DNA of 64,000 nucleotides. It comes from an uncultured delta proteobacterium. Its GTDB lineage: Bacteria > Desulfobacterota > Binatia > UBA9968. Positions 60,207 to 64,000 of this stretch are shown piece by piece. Under the pieces are notes generated by a model. The model ran no database searches. It saw only the letters and a program-made list of their open reading frames with translations, and was not told the DNA's origin. The stretch is taken from contig CAWFJP010000001.1 of assembly GCA_963816145.1 (NCBI GenBank), forward strand, positions 320,001 through 384,000. The letters run 5' to 3'. Position 1 is the stretch's first letter. Each line of letters starts with the position of its first letter. The translations under genes and the position numbers were made by a program.

Positions 60207-61425
60207 TTACGTCCGCGTAACCGCTAATTCATGCGGCCTTTTCCCCAGCCGCCGTCCGCCGTTCTCGGTCACGACCACGGTGTCGCCCCACTGGCAAATA
60301 TACTCGCCGTCCGCCGAGATCGCCGACGGCTTGCAGATGAAAACCATATTCTCGCGCATCGCCACCGCCAACTGGCGCGGGCTCTTGGCGTGGGGCGTGA
60401 TAATCGGGCCGTCATCACCCTGCCCGCGCCCATGCATGTTGAGTTCGCCGCGCGCCCCCGCGGCCGGGCCGCTTTTCGGCGCGGCGTTTTGCGCCGTCGA
60501 TTTGGTCAACTCGGCGAGTTCGCCGACGGTGACGCCCGGCTTCAAGTTTTCCACTACGCGATTGAAAACCTCCCGCTGCACTTTGACCAGTTCGGCTTGA
60601 ACCGGATCGATGACTTCGACATAGACCGGCTGCACCGCTTGGGCGCGATAGCCGATCCACGACGCTTCGATCTCGTTGATGATCGCGTCGCCGCGCTCCA
60701 GCAGGCGCATGCTCGGCCGGGTCAGCGTGCGCTTGGGGTTTTTTCCCGACACCCAAAAGCAATGCACCGGTAGCTCGGAGCCGTTGCGCGTCATGGCGTA
60801 ATGCATCGCCGCCCACACTTCCCAGTCCTTGACGCCAACTTTGGCCGCTTCGATCTCCGCCTCGATCGGCCAGCTCGTTGATCTCCATCGACTTGGCGAG
60901 GACGTCGATCTCTTCCTGACTTTTCACATAACGCACTTCGTCGAGGATCGCCGTGGCGTCGACCAGTTGCGCATGGGGAAAGGCTTCGCGAATCTGCTTC
61001 CAGGTGCCGTAAAAGATCGTGCCCTCTGGCGTGCGCGTGCCTTCGACTTCGCCGAGACCGGTGATGCCGATCCGGCCGCGGTCGAGCTTTAATTCTCTCA
61101 AACGTTCGACAATCACCCTGCCGTAATTGCGCCGCGCCTCGCGCACATCGACAACCCAATCCTGCACCGTCGGCCAGCGCGGCGCCGCCGAAGTCGCGAT
61201 CACCGTCACCGCCCCTTCTAGTGGCAACACCGCCGCCAAATCCGGTTCACCGCCGCCGCAGTGAGTCAAATAGCGCGTGTTGGCTTGATAGTCAGCCGAA
61301 TGGCCGCTGTTCTGCGGAGTGACGATGACGTCGAGATTTTGCTGCCGCATCAACTCGCGCACAGCCTGCCAGCGCCGGTCGCGCTCAGCGAGTGAAAAAC
61401 GTGGATAGGGATAGAGTTCAGCCAC
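60207..61425 (-). CDS. M24 pita-bread fold (Xaa-Pro peptidase/creatinase/ectoine hydrolase-like) protein; +1 frameshift at ~60869
   Basis: FS..ERDRRW, YLT, R.VKS.EEI in ORF 60415..61443 continues IEAEIEAAKVGVKDWEVWAAM...KPG...HGRG...GDTVVVTENG.RRLG after removing one base. Confidence 0.85.
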
Positions 61426-61458
61426 AAAAATTCCTAGAAACAACTCGGGAAGGTAGTC

Positions 61459-61538
61459 TCACCACGAAGGCACGAAGATCACGAAGTTCGGAATGCTTGT
61501 TGTCCGAAACCTTCGTGTCCTTCGTGCCTTCGTGGTGA
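61459..61538. repeat. cacgaag-family palindromic repeat
   Basis: tcaccacgaaggcacgaagatcacgaagttcgg...ccgaaaccttcgtgtccttcgtgccttcgtggtga. Confidence 0.8.
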
Positions 61539-61559
61539 ACATTCCGATTGCCTCGGCAC

Positions 61560-62739
61560 TTAAACATCAATTACGAGCAGCTTCAGCTCGCGCTTGCCCA
61601 AACGGCGCGCGCCATTTTCCGTCACCGTTACGGTGTCGCCGATGCTGGCGCGGCCCTTGCCCTGCGTCGGGCGAACCTGTGGTTTGAGAATAAAGGTCAT
61701 GCCGGCTTGCAGCTCGATCTTGGCAAACCGTTCGATATCCTTATCACCCATCAGCGCCGGTCCGTCGTCGCCCAACCCGCGCGCGTGCATCATCGGATGG
61801 TTCCAAGAATATGGCCCAGCACCTTCCACCGTACGCGTGTAGATGTCGAACAAAGTGCCAAAAGTCACCCCTGGTTTCATGGCAGCGAGGACCGCGTCGA
61901 AGCAGGCACGCGAGATTTCAACCATCGTCTGAAACGACGGGATCGGTTTACCGACCACGGCGGGGCAGACCGCCTGAGCCGCATAACCACCATACTTGGC
62001 TTCGATCTCGTCGATGATCTGATCGCCGGCTTGAATAACGTAATCGGTGGGAACAAATGAGCTATTGAACAGCCCCGGCCCCGCGCTCAAGAAAAACAGC
62101 GTCGGCAACTCGCCGCCGTTGGAGAGCATGGTGTGAAGCATCGAGGCATAAACTTCCTTTTCGCTCACGCCGGGCTTTGCGGTCTGCCGCAATGTTTCGA
62201 TGGCTTTCTCGATGATCGCCGCCGAGCGTTCGAGCATGGCCACTTCTTCGGCACTTTTCACCGCACGAACGTCCTGCATCATATCAGTGGCGTTGACTAA
62301 TACGGCGTGCGGCATGGCTTCTTGAATCGCCTTGACGGAGGAATAAGGAATGATTCCTTCCGGCGCGCGCACGAGACCTGCGAGACCCGAAATACCGATA
62401 GTGCCTTTCTCCAATTTCAATTCTTTGAGGCGCTCGATGGCGTTTTGGCTCCAGCGGTTGCGTCCGTCGCGCACATCCGCCACCCAGTTCTGCGCCTTCT
62501 GCCACCAGCCGGCACGATTGAAAACATACGACGTAACTTCCCCTTGCGCAGGGAAACACCGTGAACATCTCGGTGGCGAAACCGCCGATATTGGTCAGAT
62601 AGCGCGAGTCGCCCTGCAACTGCTCCCAGCGGCCGGTGTTCGCCGGCAACAGCAGCACATCGATGCCGCGCTTGGCCATCTCCGCGCGAACTAGTTGATA
62701 ACGCCGATCGCGCTCTTGGATCGATAACTGTGGAATCAT
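61560..62739 (-). CDS. Second M24 pita-bread fold paralog; +1 frameshift at ~62552
   Basis: MIPQLSIQERDRRY...RYLT...VFP joins AQGEVTSYVFNRAGWWQKAQNWVADVR...RAVKSAEE...HARGLGDDGP...GDTVTVTENGARRLG. Confidence 0.85.
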
Positions 62740-62833
62740 CTTGTCCTCGCTTTGCTCGGAATTAGAAATTGCCATTCCAAATTCCATATTCCAAAAATTT
62801 GGGAATCTGAAGTTCTGCTCGCACACCTCTCGC

Positions 62834-63823
62834 CTACTTAATCACCTTCGTCGCCCGCGTGAGCAGGATCGGCGGAATTGTTAGACCCAGAGTTTTAGCC
62901 GTCTTGAGATTGATCACCAGTTCGAACTTCGTCGGCTGTTCGACCGGAATGTCGGCTGGCTTGGCGCCCTTAAGGATTTTGTCCACCATCACCGCGGCGC
63001 GCTGATACGGTTCAACATCGTCGGGACCATACGACATCAACCCGCCATTAACGATCACACGTGATTGCGCGTAAATCGCCGGCAGTCGATTTTTTGCCGC
63101 CAGGTTAATGATTTGTTTTTGCACAGACGCGAGCAATGCGCCTGACGTCCCGGCAAGAGCCCCACTACCCGCCTTAATTGCATTTGTGAAGCCGCCGTCC
63201 AGTTCAGCCGCGCTGTTTATTTTCAAGGAATGTAGTTGCAAGCCCAGCTCTTTTGCCTGCCGTTGGCTTTCTTCCCATATCTGCGTCGAGCCTTCGTTCT
63301 GTGGATCCCACAGCACTGCGACCCGAGAGAGTTTGGGAACGGTTTCTTTCAGTAGCTCCAGTCGCTTGCCGGCCAACGCAAACGCAATCTGGGCAAACCC
63401 GGTGACGTTGCCTCCAGGCCGCGCCAGACTGTCAACCAAGCCAAGCGTAACAGGGTCGGAGCCCCCTCCTGTAAATACAATCGGAATCGTCTTGGTAGCA
63501 TTTTGGGCGGCTCGGGTGTCATTAGCCCCGGGCGTAACGATGACGTCAACCTTTAGCCGGACCAAATCATTGGCAAGGCCGGGCAATCGATCGTATTTCG
63601 TATCGGCACCGCGAGACTCGAAAGCTACATTCTTACCTTCGACGTAACCGAGTTTGCCGAACTCTCGAACGAACGACTCACGCCAATTCGATGAGCTGCC
63701 TGCACCGGAACCGGAGCTAAGAAAGCCGATCTTCGCCATCTTCGCCGGCTGCTGCGCTGAGACGGGGTAAATAATTGTCGGCAGGAAAATCGTCAGCAGC
63801 AAGACCAGGATTTCTTTTTTCAT
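62834..63823 (-). CDS. ABC substrate-binding protein, putative Trp/Tyr type (ABC_sub_bind), orphan
   Basis: LGYVEGKN, DPV..GLV.SLARPGGNVTG, GGLMSYGP and KILKGAKPAD.PVEQPTKFELVINLKTAK.LGL.IP. Confidence 0.93.
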   Translation of the reverse strand: MKKEILVLLLTIFLPTIIYPVSAQQPAKMAKIGFLSSGSGAGSSSNWRESFVREFGKLGYVEGKNVAFESRGADTKYDRLPGLANDLVRLKVDVIVTPGANDTRAAQNATKTIPIVFTGGGSDPVTLGLVDSLARPGGNVTGFAQIAFALAGKRLELLKETVPKLSRVAVLWDPQNEGSTQIWEESQRQAKELGLQLHSLKINSAAELDGGFTNAIKAGSGALAGTSGALLASVQKQIINLAAKNRLPAIYAQSRVIVNGGLMSYGPDDVEPYQRAAVMVDKILKGAKPADIPVEQPTKFELVINLKTAKTLGLTIPPILLTRATKVIK

Positions 63824-63872
63824 CGGACTTTCTTTCCTGCTAATGCCTACTGCCTATTGCCTATTGCCTTCT

Positions 63873-64000
63873 TCATTTCCCCGACCGCTGCCGCGCGGCA
63901 TTAATCAAATCGCCCACCGGTTTCCACTCCATCCAATCGGCGCGGATAATTTCGATGTAGTTGACATCTTTCTTGCGCCGCGCCGCTTCGGGGACGTACT
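63873..64000 (-). CDS. 3' end of a gene entering from the right edge (unidentified, possibly a solute-binding protein)
   Basis: Open frame YVPEAARRKKDVNYIEIIRADWMEWKPVGDLINAARQRSGK-stop. Confidence 0.55.
   Translation of the reverse strand, partial: YVPEAARRKKDVNYIEIIRADWMEWKPVGDLINAARQRSGK

Noticed and set aside
60207-62739. Programmed ribosomal frameshifting in the two M24 genes
   Set aside because: The shift sites are at non-equivalent positions and lack slippery heptamers, and similar single-base insertions hit unrelated genes, so sequencing error is more parsimonious.

Overview
A 64 kb stretch of a GC-rich bacterial chromosome. The gene repertoire suggests an uncultured Candidatus Binatia (Binatota)-type genome; this is inferred from the many orphan TctC/Bug, NitT/TauT and Fe/thiamine-type solute-binding proteins, LLM monooxygenases, an amidohydrolase, VOC and BNR-propeller proteins and a multi-GAF sensor. 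No rRNA, tRNA, CRISPR array, integrase or transposase gene was found. Highlights: (1) an integrase-less integron cassette cluster (CALIN) at ~30.97-32.47 kb, with two well-formed attC sites and cassettes for a membrane protein, a cupin and a broken F420/Ddn-like reductase; (2) five diverged, intact MFS transporter paralogs in tandem at the head of a 15 kb co-oriented run; (3) two M24 pita-bread paralogs with replaced metal ligands, next to an ornithine-cyclodeaminase-like gene, an ABC importer and a VOC gene, resembling EutD/EutC but probably acting on another substrate; (4) three MITEs with terminal inverted repeats and target duplications that carry REP-like hairpins, two of them nested in other repeats and bracketing a gene; (5) a gene-decay zone at 3.5-7.2 kb; (6) six single-base +1 frameshifts, four at or beside AGCT, more likely long-read or methylation-linked errors than biology; (7) several enzymes with altered active-site motifs. 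Family assignments come from recalled motifs, not database searches.
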